IMG/VR virus record: IMGVR_UViG_3300045988_080276
Coordinates: 1 to 13,576 of that record
Strand: one strand, 5' to 3'
DNA from: a virus
Length of the DNA stretch: 13,576 nt
Part shown: positions 1 through 7,270 of the stretch, piece after piece
Numbering within the stretch: the first letter of the stretch is position 1
Layout: each line of letters opens with the position of its first letter
Translations under genes and position numbers: made by a program
The notes under the pieces: model-generated
Told to the model about the DNA's origin: nothing
What the model saw: the letters and a program-made list of their open reading frames with translations, nothing else
Databases searched by the model: none

Positions 1-139
1 CTTGGCAAGACCAACCTGTGAACAAATTGTTAACATTTCCCCAATCTGTTCATAATTGCAAAAAACTGGCATGAATATTGCTAGATAACTATAACATTAA
101 ATTGTCTGACAATATCATACAAAGTCGTCACTTATTCTA

Positions 140-168
140 TTGACATATTAGTTCAATTGGACTATAGT
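140..168 (+). promoter_or_regulatory. Near-consensus sigma-A/sigma-70 type promoter in the left ITR, firing inward
   Basis: The -35 is TTGACA (140-145), the spacer is 17 bp, and the -10 is TATAGT (163-168). The predicted TSS is near 175, just upstream of the small ITR ORF. Confidence 0.7.
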
Positions 169-200
169 AGACTTATCAAATGAAAGAGAGGAAACAAGAT

Positions 201-437
201 ATGAATAGCTTAGAAAACCTTAATGAGTTGTTGGAAAGGGCAAATGATGAGGGATATTGCTGGAGTGCTTTTGAGTCATTAGCTGGAGTTGTTGAAGTGT
301 ATGTGAACCGATTAGATAAATATAAGTATGATGTTTCTTACAAGGTACTCTGTACAGGTGCTGAGTACACTCGTACTTTTAACACTATAGTTGATGTCAA
401 GAGAGATATTTTAGATGAATTTCTATTTGAAGAGTAA
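201..437 (+). CDS. Small acidic hypothetical protein encoded in the ITR, left copy (78 aa from ATG 201; the ORF track gives 85 aa from ATG 180)
   Basis: The ORF track calls 180..437. ATG 180 lies about 5 nt from the predicted TSS and has no SD. ATG 201 has GAGAGG (186-191) 9 nt upstream. I count 16 D/E against 8 K/R in the 78-aa form. I recognise no family. An identical copy sits in the right ITR. Confidence 0.65.
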   Translation: MNSLENLNELLERANDEGYCWSAFESLAGVVEVYVNRLDKYKYDVSYKVLCTGAEYTRTFNTIVDVKRDILDEFLFEE

Positions 438-445
438 AAACAATA

Positions 446-463
446 GCCCAGCATCCGCTGGGC
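446..463. terminator. Hairpin terminator between convergent genes, shared by both strands
   Basis: GCCCAGC (446-452), loop ATCC, GCTGGGC (457-463). In the minus-strand sense, after the tail-fibre gene, it is followed by UAUUGUUUUUA, a good U-tract. In the plus-strand sense it is followed by CAUCUCUAUUAUU, a poor U-tract. Confidence 0.6.
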
Positions 464-474
464 CATCTCTATTA

Positions 475-1731
475 TTACATTGTGATTGAACCTCTATGAA
501 TTTGTACCTGTGTTACTTCTGTCAAAGTCCGGTAGTAGTGCTTATCGTCTGAAATATCATACAGGGCTAAATAGATATGCCTTCCTCGGAAGTTAAGCTG
601 TGCAGGGATGTGATAGAAATTACTTCCGGACTTAACGATCACAGTTGTTGGATAGCATGTGTATCCGTTATGATCTCCAATAAAAGACGTTGAGAAAATC
701 CGTCCCAAACGGTATTCCGTGCCATCACAGACAAGTGTTCCGCTGTTTGGGAGACAAACATAGTTACCCCATATCAGAGTACTCGTATTCTCATTATACG
801 AACTAACAAATGTCCAACTTGATCCAAGAGTTGGTGCAAAGTCACCTGCTTCAAAATTTGCAATAACATCATAAAATGATGGACTACACGATCCTGTTTC
901 TACAGCTGTAGCAAGATAGGCTGCAAGCCGTTCCTGCCCTGTTGTGTTTGGGTGAAATCCATCAGAAGCAAGAAAACCATCTGCATGAAGAATATAATCG
1001 CTTCCTGTCAAATACCGCCAATTCTTCCGCTGTATGTTATACACACTCTTCGCAGTCTTGAGCCTATTCTGTACATTTGGATCATCTGTCCGATCAACTG
1101 ACCATGCTACCATGGCAGAAAACACTTTGGCATTCGGAAATCTTGCTTCTGCTGCTCCCATAAAAGCGTTGATTCCGTTTTCAATTTCTGAGTAGCTTCC
1201 AAACTCATTAAATCCACCTACGACAAGGACCTGTTTTACATCCGCAGAAGCTGGTACAGCGTTTAACAACATAAGAAATGAATTAGTACTTGTTGAGAAA
1301 GATGCCCCACCATTTGCAGATATTGTGACATCCTCAAGTCCTGTGTACTTAATAAAGTTAGTTGTCCATGGAGTTACATTGCCATCCGGTGTATACCCAA
1401 CGGTATAACTGTCACCGATGATGATGGTTTTACCTGAGTGATCAAAAAGTCCTTCTCTTTTCTGTAATTTTGTGATCTCAGCTGTATTTGTTTCTACTTG
1501 CCCTTTTAATGGGTCAATCTGTTCAGTAATTACTTTGGTAGTAGCTTCATTTACTACTTTTCCAATCTCTCCATCATCAAGAGATTTCTGTATAGCATCA
1601 TCAATCATAGTCTGAGCTGTATCTTTGATGTGTGTCCACTCCTCGTGATCTTTGTCAGCCTGTTTGCCAACCTTCAGCATCCAGTCTAAGTTCATATCCT
1701 GCATGGAACTATGTGGATAATCAAAAAACAT
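475..1731 (-). CDS. Tail fibre/appendage protein with SGNH (GDSL) esterase domain, 418 aa
   Basis: All SGNH blocks are readable: I IIIGDSYTVGY, II ISANGGASF, III VVGGFNEF, V SDGFHPN. The first ~95 aa are coiled-coil-like and the last ~130 aa are beta-rich. It is the last gene of the structural array, where phi29 has gp12. The SD is GGAGGG, 6 nt before the ATG. Codons 102-418 lie inside the ITR. Confidence 0.75.
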   Translation of the reverse strand: MFFDYPHSSMQDMNLDWMLKVGKQADKDHEEWTHIKDTAQTMIDDAIQKSLDDGEIGKVVNEATTKVITEQIDPLKGQVETNTAEITKLQKREGLFDHSGKTIIIGDSYTVGYTPDGNVTPWTTNFIKYTGLEDVTISANGGASFSTSTNSFLMLLNAVPASADVKQVLVVGGFNEFGSYSEIENGINAFMGAAEARFPNAKVFSAMVAWSVDRTDDPNVQNRLKTAKSVYNIQRKNWRYLTGSDYILHADGFLASDGFHPNTTGQERLAAYLATAVETGSCSPSFYDVIANFEAGDFAPTLGSSWTFVSSYNENTSTLIWGNYVCLPNSGTLVCDGTEYRLGRIFSTSFIGDHNGYTCYPTTVIVKSGSNFYHIPAQLNFRGRHIYLALYDISDDKHYYRTLTEVTQVQIHRGSITM

Positions 1732-1743
1732 GTTATTCCCTCC

Positions 1744-2433
1744 TTAATAAATTAATAAAAGCAGATCCTGTGCAAATAACCCGGTGCAATAGTCAATGAA
1801 GCTTTGTTTCCTTAACTCAAGCTCTGACTGGATCATCTGCTGTGAAGTAGTAACACCAACGTTGCCATGAATACGCCCTACATGCTTATTCTGTCCAGTC
1901 TCTCTGCTTGTCTCACCCTTGCCATATTCAAATGTATTTTTGTTTTCTCCGGAGCTTTGTACTGTTGTGCTGCTACCGTACTCCGTTGTCGTTTTTTCGT
2001 TCGGGCTGTAATTTTGATCATTAAAAGCACTGACTTCATTGGTTGCTGTATCTGCCCCGGAGTTGGTCGTAGTGCTTCCATGTCCCGCTTCTTCCCTGTT
2101 GATATCCTGCCCGGAGCTTTGGCTTGTTCGTGTCATATCCGGGCTATCTGTCCATTCTTCATGACGATCATAGTTTTCAATAGGTTCATAATTAGTTAAT
2201 TCTAACACATTATAAACCTTGTCAATGCTTGTTTTCCATTTCATGCTCCAAGCAGGAATAGCACTGTTATACATGAAATCCCAGTCCGGATAGAGTGGCT
2301 CACAATCTCCATAGGACAGAAGCAGGCTATCAATAAAATTCTGCCTGTCTGCTGATTCTGGGAACTCCATCTTGTCAAACAGAGTACTGTTCCATTCGTA
2401 AAGCCCTGCTATAGTTACTCTATAAAGTCCCAT
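1744..2433 (-). CDS. Putative lower collar / head-tail adaptor protein (gp11 position), 229 aa
   Basis: It lies immediately downstream of the portal gene and overlaps it by 14 nt. The SD is GGAGGTG, 7 nt before the ATG. It has a Ser/Thr/Gly-rich central region and a conserved-looking C-terminus, GNVGVTTSQQMIQSELELRK. The function is assigned mainly from synteny with phi29 genes 10-11-12. Confidence 0.45.
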   Translation of the reverse strand: MGLYRVTIAGLYEWNSTLFDKMEFPESADRQNFIDSLLLSYGDCEPLYPDWDFMYNSAIPAWSMKWKTSIDKVYNVLELTNYEPIENYDRHEEWTDSPDMTRTSQSSGQDINREEAGHGSTTTNSGADTATNEVSAFNDQNYSPNEKTTTEYGSSTTVQSSGENKNTFEYGKGETSRETGQNKHVGRIHGNVGVTTSQQMIQSELELRKQSFIDYCTGLFAQDLLLLIY

Positions 2434-3340
2434 AAGGTTTCACCTCCACAGTCTCATAACTTCTGATCTTGATTGACAGGTCCATCTCCGGATAAAGTCT
2501 ATTTGTCATGTCAACACCTGCTTGCATGGTTTCAAGCCAAGTAGTTAGCCGTGTCACGGATTCTGCATCATTTTTGCTTGTCTCAAGCATATTCAATCGT
2601 TCTTTTTTATCAGATCCGACTGATGGGATGCCAACCTCTGTATCGAATTGATCCAGAAGTTTTTCAAAAACCTCAATAAGTTCTGGTGCAATAAAATTTT
2701 GCTTAAGATCCTTATTAAAAGTTTCCCATGCATCCTGCTTGCTTCCTTGTCTGTCCTCACTTTTTATTGATACGTCAAACGCTTCAACAGGGTTTCCTGC
2801 CTGGATGCTGTCATAGATTTTTTTCAATGTCTGAGCGGATGCCTTGTTTTTCGCAGCAATCAGAAAAGCAAGCTTTGAATTAAAAACATTCATGTCGAAA
2901 GCAGATGCTACAAGTGCCAGTTTGTAGCTGTAAAATCCGATAATGTCTCCAATCCCACAAAAAGTTGGTCTGAGATAGATGACAGAACAATCTTTTCCGA
3001 TCTCCATGTCTTCAATGTCAATAACAGCGTTGCTAGCATACGTGTGTATAGTTGCTATCGTTGGCTTGAAATAAATGTTATAGCCTGTCAGCATTGGGTA
3101 CTGCGCAATAAGTCCATAAAGATCTGTCTTTGTCACGCAAATATAGCCACCGAAAAGTAGGCAATATTTGAAGTAGTCAATATCAATGTTGGCATTATAT
3201 TTGATGTCAAGCACAGAGCATACACGCTCGTAAAGCATCCGATCAAATATATCTGTATATAAGCTGTCAACCTTAATTCCAGATGGTTGGAAGTAATTTG
3301 TACATATATTGATCTTGTCAAAATTCATAGGTGCCCACAT
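2420..3340 (-). CDS. Portal / upper collar (connector) protein, phi29 gp10-like, 306 aa
   Basis: Its size is close to that of phi29 gp10 (309 aa). The segment VGIPSVGSDKKERLNMLETSKNDAES resembles gp10 [28 protein letters not shown] (recalled from memory). The SD is AGGAGG, 9 nt upstream. It sits between the tail-knob and collar genes. Confidence 0.8.
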   Translation of the reverse strand: MWAPMNFDKINICTNYFQPSGIKVDSLYTDIFDRMLYERVCSVLDIKYNANIDIDYFKYCLLFGGYICVTKTDLYGLIAQYPMLTGYNIYFKPTIATIHTYASNAVIDIEDMEIGKDCSVIYLRPTFCGIGDIIGFYSYKLALVASAFDMNVFNSKLAFLIAAKNKASAQTLKKIYDSIQAGNPVEAFDVSIKSEDRQGSKQDAWETFNKDLKQNFIAPELIEVFEKLLDQFDTEVGIPSVGSDKKERLNMLETSKNDAESVTRLTTWLETMQAGVDMTNRLYPEMDLSIKIRSYETVEVKPYGTL

Positions 3341-3355
3341 TTTTTCATTCCTCCT

Positions 3356-4699
3356 TTATTCAAAATAAAAACCAGTGTTTAAATAACTGTTCACTTGATC
3401 CTGATCTCCCTCAAAACCTGCAAGCTGTATTGATGCATTCCTACATTTTACAAACCCACTCAATGAAGAAATAGTTCTAACAGTTTCGTCCACATAACCC
3501 TCGCTTGTTCCATCTGGATCAAGACTTGTACAGGCATATGAATTGAACTCTAAAATCTGGTTATTGAGTATATTTGATATATTACCAATAGTCCCCAGCA
3601 TAGATATTTCTGGTGCTGTAATGCTTCTTGCTACATCTATTCCTGCTGAGATACCTTGAATGTTTCCTTGTAATCCTGCACTAACAAGGCTCACAGCTGA
3701 TGTAGTCAACTGGGCTATGTTTGTAGTTGCATAACCAATTTGCACGGGCACTGACAACTGGAATTGATAAGATGCAAAAACAACTTTTTTTGACTGCAAA
3801 AATACATTGCATAATCCACTTGTTGCATCAAATTGATAGAGTGCATTTACGCTTTCATCAATTTTATAAGGGTTAAGGGCAACTACTCCAATAAAAGGAA
3901 GCTTAATAAAATAGGTTGAAAATGACGGACTATAATACCTAAAATCAGTGATAGCATAAAGTGGATTATCAAAAGCAAATGAATAAGAAAAATTAATAAC
4001 CGCATCTTCATCAATTCTTTTTGCCATTACACCACTATCCCAGAATCCTAGCTGTATTGCTTCACTATTACTATTTTTAAAGGCATCTTCAATAAATGGA
4101 ACCCATTTTAAATCAACGATATATTTAAAAGGGTCAAACATTAACTTTGTAACAGCATCCTTTATCACATCAGCAAAATTTGATTCTGTATACATATAGT
4201 CGAGTAACCTATTTAATTGGCTGCCATTAATGTAGTATGATGCAACTCCTGTTTTTGAAACTACTCGTATGATATATTGCTGTGAGTATGTTTGTGTCAT
4301 TATTTTTTCTTTGTGTCTCACATTTCTGGTTGTTAGCACCCAATCATTTGTTGGAATATACATAGAATCATTGGCAAGAGTAGTCTGCCTGCTTGATCTC
4401 TCAATAAAACATGTATAGTTGCCGATCTCTGTCCGGTAAGTTGCTAGCACATCCTCACTTGCTGAGATCTCAACCATGTCGTTATTTAATGATGTAGTCG
4501 AATTGATAAAATAATAATGGTCAGCCCATTTCAGATAGTTGTATTGCAATGCATTATCCAGTGATAATTTTAATTTAAACACTGGATTCTGAAAAGCGGT
4601 ATCAGCTTTTAAAAGGCAGGGGACAGAAGTCCCCTGCCCTGCTGGTCTTTTGGTGCTGTTTTTTCGTTTGGAAAAATGAAATAAAATAATCTCTGTCAT
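3356..4699 (-). CDS. Putative tail knob / major tail protein (phi29 gp9 position), 447 aa
   Basis: It lies immediately upstream of the portal gene, as gp9 does in phi29. The N-terminal region (YNYLKWADHYYFINSTT...EDVLATYRTEI) resembles my memory of the gp9 N-terminus. Its ATG overlaps the lysin stop codon (ATGA at 4696-4699). The SD is GGTGAGGT. Confidence 0.55.
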   Translation of the reverse strand: MTEIILFHFSKRKNSTKRPAGQGTSVPCLLKADTAFQNPVFKLKLSLDNALQYNYLKWADHYYFINSTTSLNNDMVEISASEDVLATYRTEIGNYTCFIERSSRQTTLANDSMYIPTNDWVLTTRNVRHKEKIMTQTYSQQYIIRVVSKTGVASYYINGSQLNRLLDYMYTESNFADVIKDAVTKLMFDPFKYIVDLKWVPFIEDAFKNSNSEAIQLGFWDSGVMAKRIDEDAVINFSYSFAFDNPLYAITDFRYYSPSFSTYFIKLPFIGVVALNPYKIDESVNALYQFDATSGLCNVFLQSKKVVFASYQFQLSVPVQIGYATTNIAQLTTSAVSLVSAGLQGNIQGISAGIDVARSITAPEISMLGTIGNISNILNNQILEFNSYACTSLDPDGTSEGYVDETVRTISSLSGFVKCRNASIQLAGFEGDQDQVNSYLNTGFYFE

Positions 4700-5346
4700 T
4701 TTACATATACCTCACCTTTTGCTGTGATGGCGCAGATCCATCCGGATGGAATCTTTACCCACGTTGCTCCGGCATCATCCTTTTTTATATCTTTTACCGT
4801 GACTGTGGTTCCTTTTTTCAGGCATCCATCTGAATGGGCATGTTTCATTCCATCAAAAGTTAGCTGTGCATACTCTTTGACCTGCCCCCATATGCTGTAG
4901 CGCACATGTAAGTGATCCACCATTGTAGTATAACTCTTACCTATTTCATAAGATGGACTTTTTTCATCCCATACCCTGCGGATGCAAGATAAGTCAGACC
5001 TACGAGTTACAAGACTTTTTACAACTCCAATACCTGGATTATTGACGGTATTTTTTCTTACTCCCCTGCTTTCAATCATATATCCATTACCGATATAAAT
5101 AGCACAGTGAGTAACCCTATTTCCAAAAAATAGAAAGTCACCTGCTTTCTGCTGCCCAATCGCAATCTTTGTTCCAATCTTGGAATAACCGGAAGCCGTC
5201 AGTCTTCCAACATTTGATCCAGCTGTCCTCTGGATCCAGTATAGCAACCCTGAACAGTCAAGTCCCTGTGTGGGGTTTGAACCACCCCACACATATCTCA
5301 CTCCAAGTAATTCCTTTGCATTTTCGACAAGTTCAATCGCTGTCAT
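4696..5346 (-). CDS. NlpC/P60 peptidoglycan endopeptidase with C-terminal SH3-like domain (endolysin or tail-associated lysin), 216 aa
   Basis: The catalytic Cys lies in GLDCSGLLYW and the His in VTHCAIYIGNGYMIES. The C-terminal ~80 aa (GATWVKIPSGWICAITAKGEVYV) look like a bacterial SH3 wall-binding domain. The gene is adjacent to the holin. Confidence 0.8.
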   Translation of the reverse strand: MTAIELVENAKELLGVRYVWGGSNPTQGLDCSGLLYWIQRTAGSNVGRLTASGYSKIGTKIAIGQQKAGDFLFFGNRVTHCAIYIGNGYMIESRGVRKNTVNNPGIGVVKSLVTRRSDLSCIRRVWDEKSPSYEIGKSYTTMVDHLHVRYSIWGQVKEYAQLTFDGMKHAHSDGCLKKGTTVTVKDIKKDDAGATWVKIPSGWICAITAKGEVYVK

Positions 5347-5356
5347 GTTATTATCC

Positions 5357-5581
5357 CTACTTTCCTAAGTGTTCAATTAAGGAATTCATTTTTTCAATGG
5401 CAACCGTATTATTTTTAATCACATTTGATAAGTTGTTAACCTCGTTTTTGTGTTCCTCATTGAGTTTATCAACTCTCTGATTGGTCTGATCGTACATGTA
5501 TTTAACAAAATACGCCATGGCACAACAACAAACAATTGGAAAAGCGTAGTTGCCTAAAATAGTTAAGAATGTGTCCATCAT
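5357..5581 (-). CDS. Holin-like protein (BhlA/UviB-type architecture), 74 aa
   Basis: It has a single N-terminal TM segment (NYAFPIVCCCAMAYFVKYM) followed by a charged coiled-coil tail, as in BhlA/UviB holin-like peptides. It lies directly upstream of the lysin. The SD is GAGGT, 7 nt before the ATG. Confidence 0.6.
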   Translation of the reverse strand: MMDTFLTILGNYAFPIVCCCAMAYFVKYMYDQTNQRVDKLNEEHKNEVNNLSNVIKNNTVAIEKMNSLIEHLGK

Positions 5582-5596
5582 ATTTTGTACCTCAAA

Positions 5597-6820
5597 CTAA
5601 TTATTACTAGGTGGCTTTGGTGCAACCTCCCCAAGCACGTAAAGAATAGCATTATGTGTGAAGTTGTTCCAAGCATTGAAGCGGTAGTGGTCAAAGATAT
5701 TGTAATATCCGCCTGCCGCATTGAATGGTGTAGTTGCAGAATACATCCACTGATTATTCACACCCATTGCTCTACGATCGTATAAAAGACCGAGTACATA
5801 AGGAATATTTACAGCTGAATTTGCTTTCTTTGAAACACCGTTCGCATCAATAATGTTTGGAGTGATGTTAATAGCTGGGCTGTCGAACTCCTGCCAGCCA
5901 TTTACCAGTTCTTTGTCGGCAATTTTAAGCTGTTCATCGTTAAATACCGTCGGGAATACCTGTGTTTCGCTGTCAATCCAGAAATCTGTGTACATGAGCA
6001 ACTTCTGGTTCTCCGGACGTGTAAATCTCAAGATATCTTTCCCAGTCAGATTCATGTGATATTTTGTTGTGCGATCCTGCATCTTCTTTGAGTCTTTCTT
6101 GATTCTTGCAACCACAAAAGCCATGAAATCTCTGTGATGTTCCGGGCTTAAAAGCTGTTTTCTTGTAAGATATGTACCATATGCTGTATTGTATTCATTT
6201 ACAAGATCAACCTCATTTGTGCCAAGTGAAGAGATACCCGCCATGAAGTTAAGCACCGTCATTCTGCGCTTTGCTTCGTTTCGGCTCTCGATGTCATTAT
6301 AATAAGCTGTCATGTATGAGCTTACAAACATAAGAAACTCTGCTTCGTTGGAAAAAGCAAGTGCCAGCTGATCCCGGAATCGTGTGATATGTGACTGAAG
6401 TAGCTTGCTTCCGTAGAATTTCAACTCAACTACTTTTGGGTTATTAATCTTGTACATATCCACAGACTGACCATCAGTAAGCTGGTTTTCATTCAAGTCT
6501 GTATTCCAATCCTGTGATGCTTCTGCATCCAATGGAAGTGAAATAATCTCACGTGTGATAGCTCCCCATCGCTCATTATCCTCAATGATGGAGCGAAACA
6601 CACCGGATCTGTACTTTTCCATTTCAAAATATGTTCGTCCACACCACTGGCTGAGTGCTTTTAGTGTTGGTTCTACTCCTGTCCGTAGCATGGTTTCACC
6701 CACAGACACAAATGAACTTGTATCCACTGCCTTAATGTTCTCCCTACCAGTAGCCATCTTGTACAGGTCATTAATGATGAGATAAGCATCCTGCACAACT
6801 AAACTATTTGCCATTTCCAT
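5597..6820 (-). CDS. Major capsid protein, phi29 gp8-like (HK97 fold expected), 407 aa
   Basis: It follows the scaffold gene, matching the phi29 7-8 order. The segment EFLMFVSSYMTAYYNDIE resembles gp8 FESFVSSIINAIYNSAE (from memory). The SD GAGGAGG is only 2 nt from ATG 6820 but 8 nt from the in-frame ATG at 6814, so the true start may be 6814. Confidence 0.8.
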   Translation of the reverse strand: MEMANSLVVQDAYLIINDLYKMATGRENIKAVDTSSFVSVGETMLRTGVEPTLKALSQWCGRTYFEMEKYRSGVFRSIIEDNERWGAITREIISLPLDAEASQDWNTDLNENQLTDGQSVDMYKINNPKVVELKFYGSKLLQSHITRFRDQLALAFSNEAEFLMFVSSYMTAYYNDIESRNEAKRRMTVLNFMAGISSLGTNEVDLVNEYNTAYGTYLTRKQLLSPEHHRDFMAFVVARIKKDSKKMQDRTTKYHMNLTGKDILRFTRPENQKLLMYTDFWIDSETQVFPTVFNDEQLKIADKELVNGWQEFDSPAINITPNIIDANGVSKKANSAVNIPYVLGLLYDRRAMGVNNQWMYSATTPFNAAGGYYNIFDHYRFNAWNNFTHNAILYVLGEVAPKPPSNN

Positions 6821-6829
6821 TACCTCCTC

Positions 6830-7159
6830 TTAATTCATGATTTTCATAAGATCTTCTGCCACGTTCTCAGATGTTCGTGGTGCTGATCCAGCTTTTCCGG
6901 ATGCCGAAAGGTTACCAGCCTGTAACGTAGCAGTCAATGTATTGATTGCTGTCAGAAGAGCTGCATTAGTTGCATCCTGTCCAGGAGTAACCTGTTCCGG
7001 AGTTGTAACCTGTCCCGGAGTTGTAACCTGTCCTGGAGTAACCTGTCCCGGAGTTGAAATCTGTCCAAGCCCAGACATATTCTGTGCATTCATAATTCCA
7101 ATGATCTCATCTTTTGAAAATCCAAGCTTTCCGAGTTCCAAAATTTCCTCTACTTTCAT
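6830..7159 (-). CDS. Putative scaffolding protein (phi29 gp7 position) with internal PGQVT repeats, 109 aa
   Basis: It is a small protein directly upstream of the capsid gene. The SD is AAGGAG, 6 nt before the ATG. The ends look helical and the centre is low-complexity. The function is inferred from position and size only (gp7 is 98 aa). Confidence 0.55.
   Translation of the reverse strand: MKVEEILELGKLGFSKDEIIGIMNAQNMSGLGQISTPGQVTPGQVTTPGQVTTPEQVTPGQDATNAALLTAINTLTATLQAGNLSASGKAGSAPRTSENVAEDLMKIMN
6968..7066 (-). repeat. In-frame tandem repeat encoding (T)PGQVT units
   Basis: The protein reads GQISTPGQVTPGQVTTPGQVTTPEQVTPGQDAT. The DNA shows about 5 imperfect 15/18-nt units (ggagtaacctgtcc / ggagttgtaacctgtcc). 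Confidence 0.8.
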
Positions 7160-7194
7160 TTTTATCTCCTTTTCTGCCGGAAGTTAAAATTAAA

Positions 7195-7266
7195 ATAGGT
7201 CAACGCTTCCGGGTTATCACCCCATGGCATCCGCTTCCGGCGGTCGATGTAGCCACGTTGACCTAT
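7195..7266 (-). ncRNA. Candidate structured RNA (three-way junction, ~72 nt) at the 5' end of the late transcript; could be an ncRNA, attenuator, antiterminator or pRNA-like element, function unknown
   Basis: The closing helix is 11 bp: AUAGGUCAACG (7266->7256) pairs with CGUUGACCUAU (7205->7195). Inside are two hairpins, CCGC-CGGAA-GCGG (7243->7231) and GGGU-GAUA-ACCC (7222->7211). The structure is followed by UUUAAUUUUAA and starts at the predicted TSS of the 7271-7299 promoter. Confidence 0.35.
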
Positions 7267-7270
7267 ATCT

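Larger units (their letters stand above)
1..1430. repeat. Left inverted terminal repeat (ITR), 1,430 bp
   Basis: Bases 1-1430 are the reverse complement of 12147-13576 (x pairs with 13577-x). I checked this base by base over 1-200 and at the inner edge. Base 1430 still matches and base 1431 does not. ORF translations inside the two copies are identical. Confidence 0.9.

Noticed and set aside
1-1430. The long inverted repeats could mark a transposon or IS element, or a casposon/Polinton-like element, given the pPolB.
   Set aside because: There is no transposase, integrase or Cas1. The interior is a complete phi29-like virion, packaging and lysis gene set. The repeats reach the very ends of the window, as expected for the termini of a protein-primed linear genome. 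An assembly fold-back artefact cannot be excluded from the sequence alone and is listed as the refutation test.
6968-7066. The short tandem repeats could be a CRISPR array or an origin iteron.
   Set aside because: The units are contiguous with no spacers and are only 15-18 nt long. They are in frame and lie inside a CDS that has an SD.
6837-7187. 116-aa plus-strand ORF with a striking CPGVTCSGVVTCPGVVTCPGVTCPGV Cys-rich repeat.
   Set aside because: It is the reverse-frame image of the PGQVT repeat in the scaffold gene. It has no SD or promoter. The minus-strand reading has a proper SD and the expected gene context.
7195-7266. The 72-nt structure could be a tRNA.
   Set aside because: The closing helix is 11 bp rather than 7. 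There are only two internal hairpins. There is no GTTCRANYC T-loop and no D-loop GG signature.
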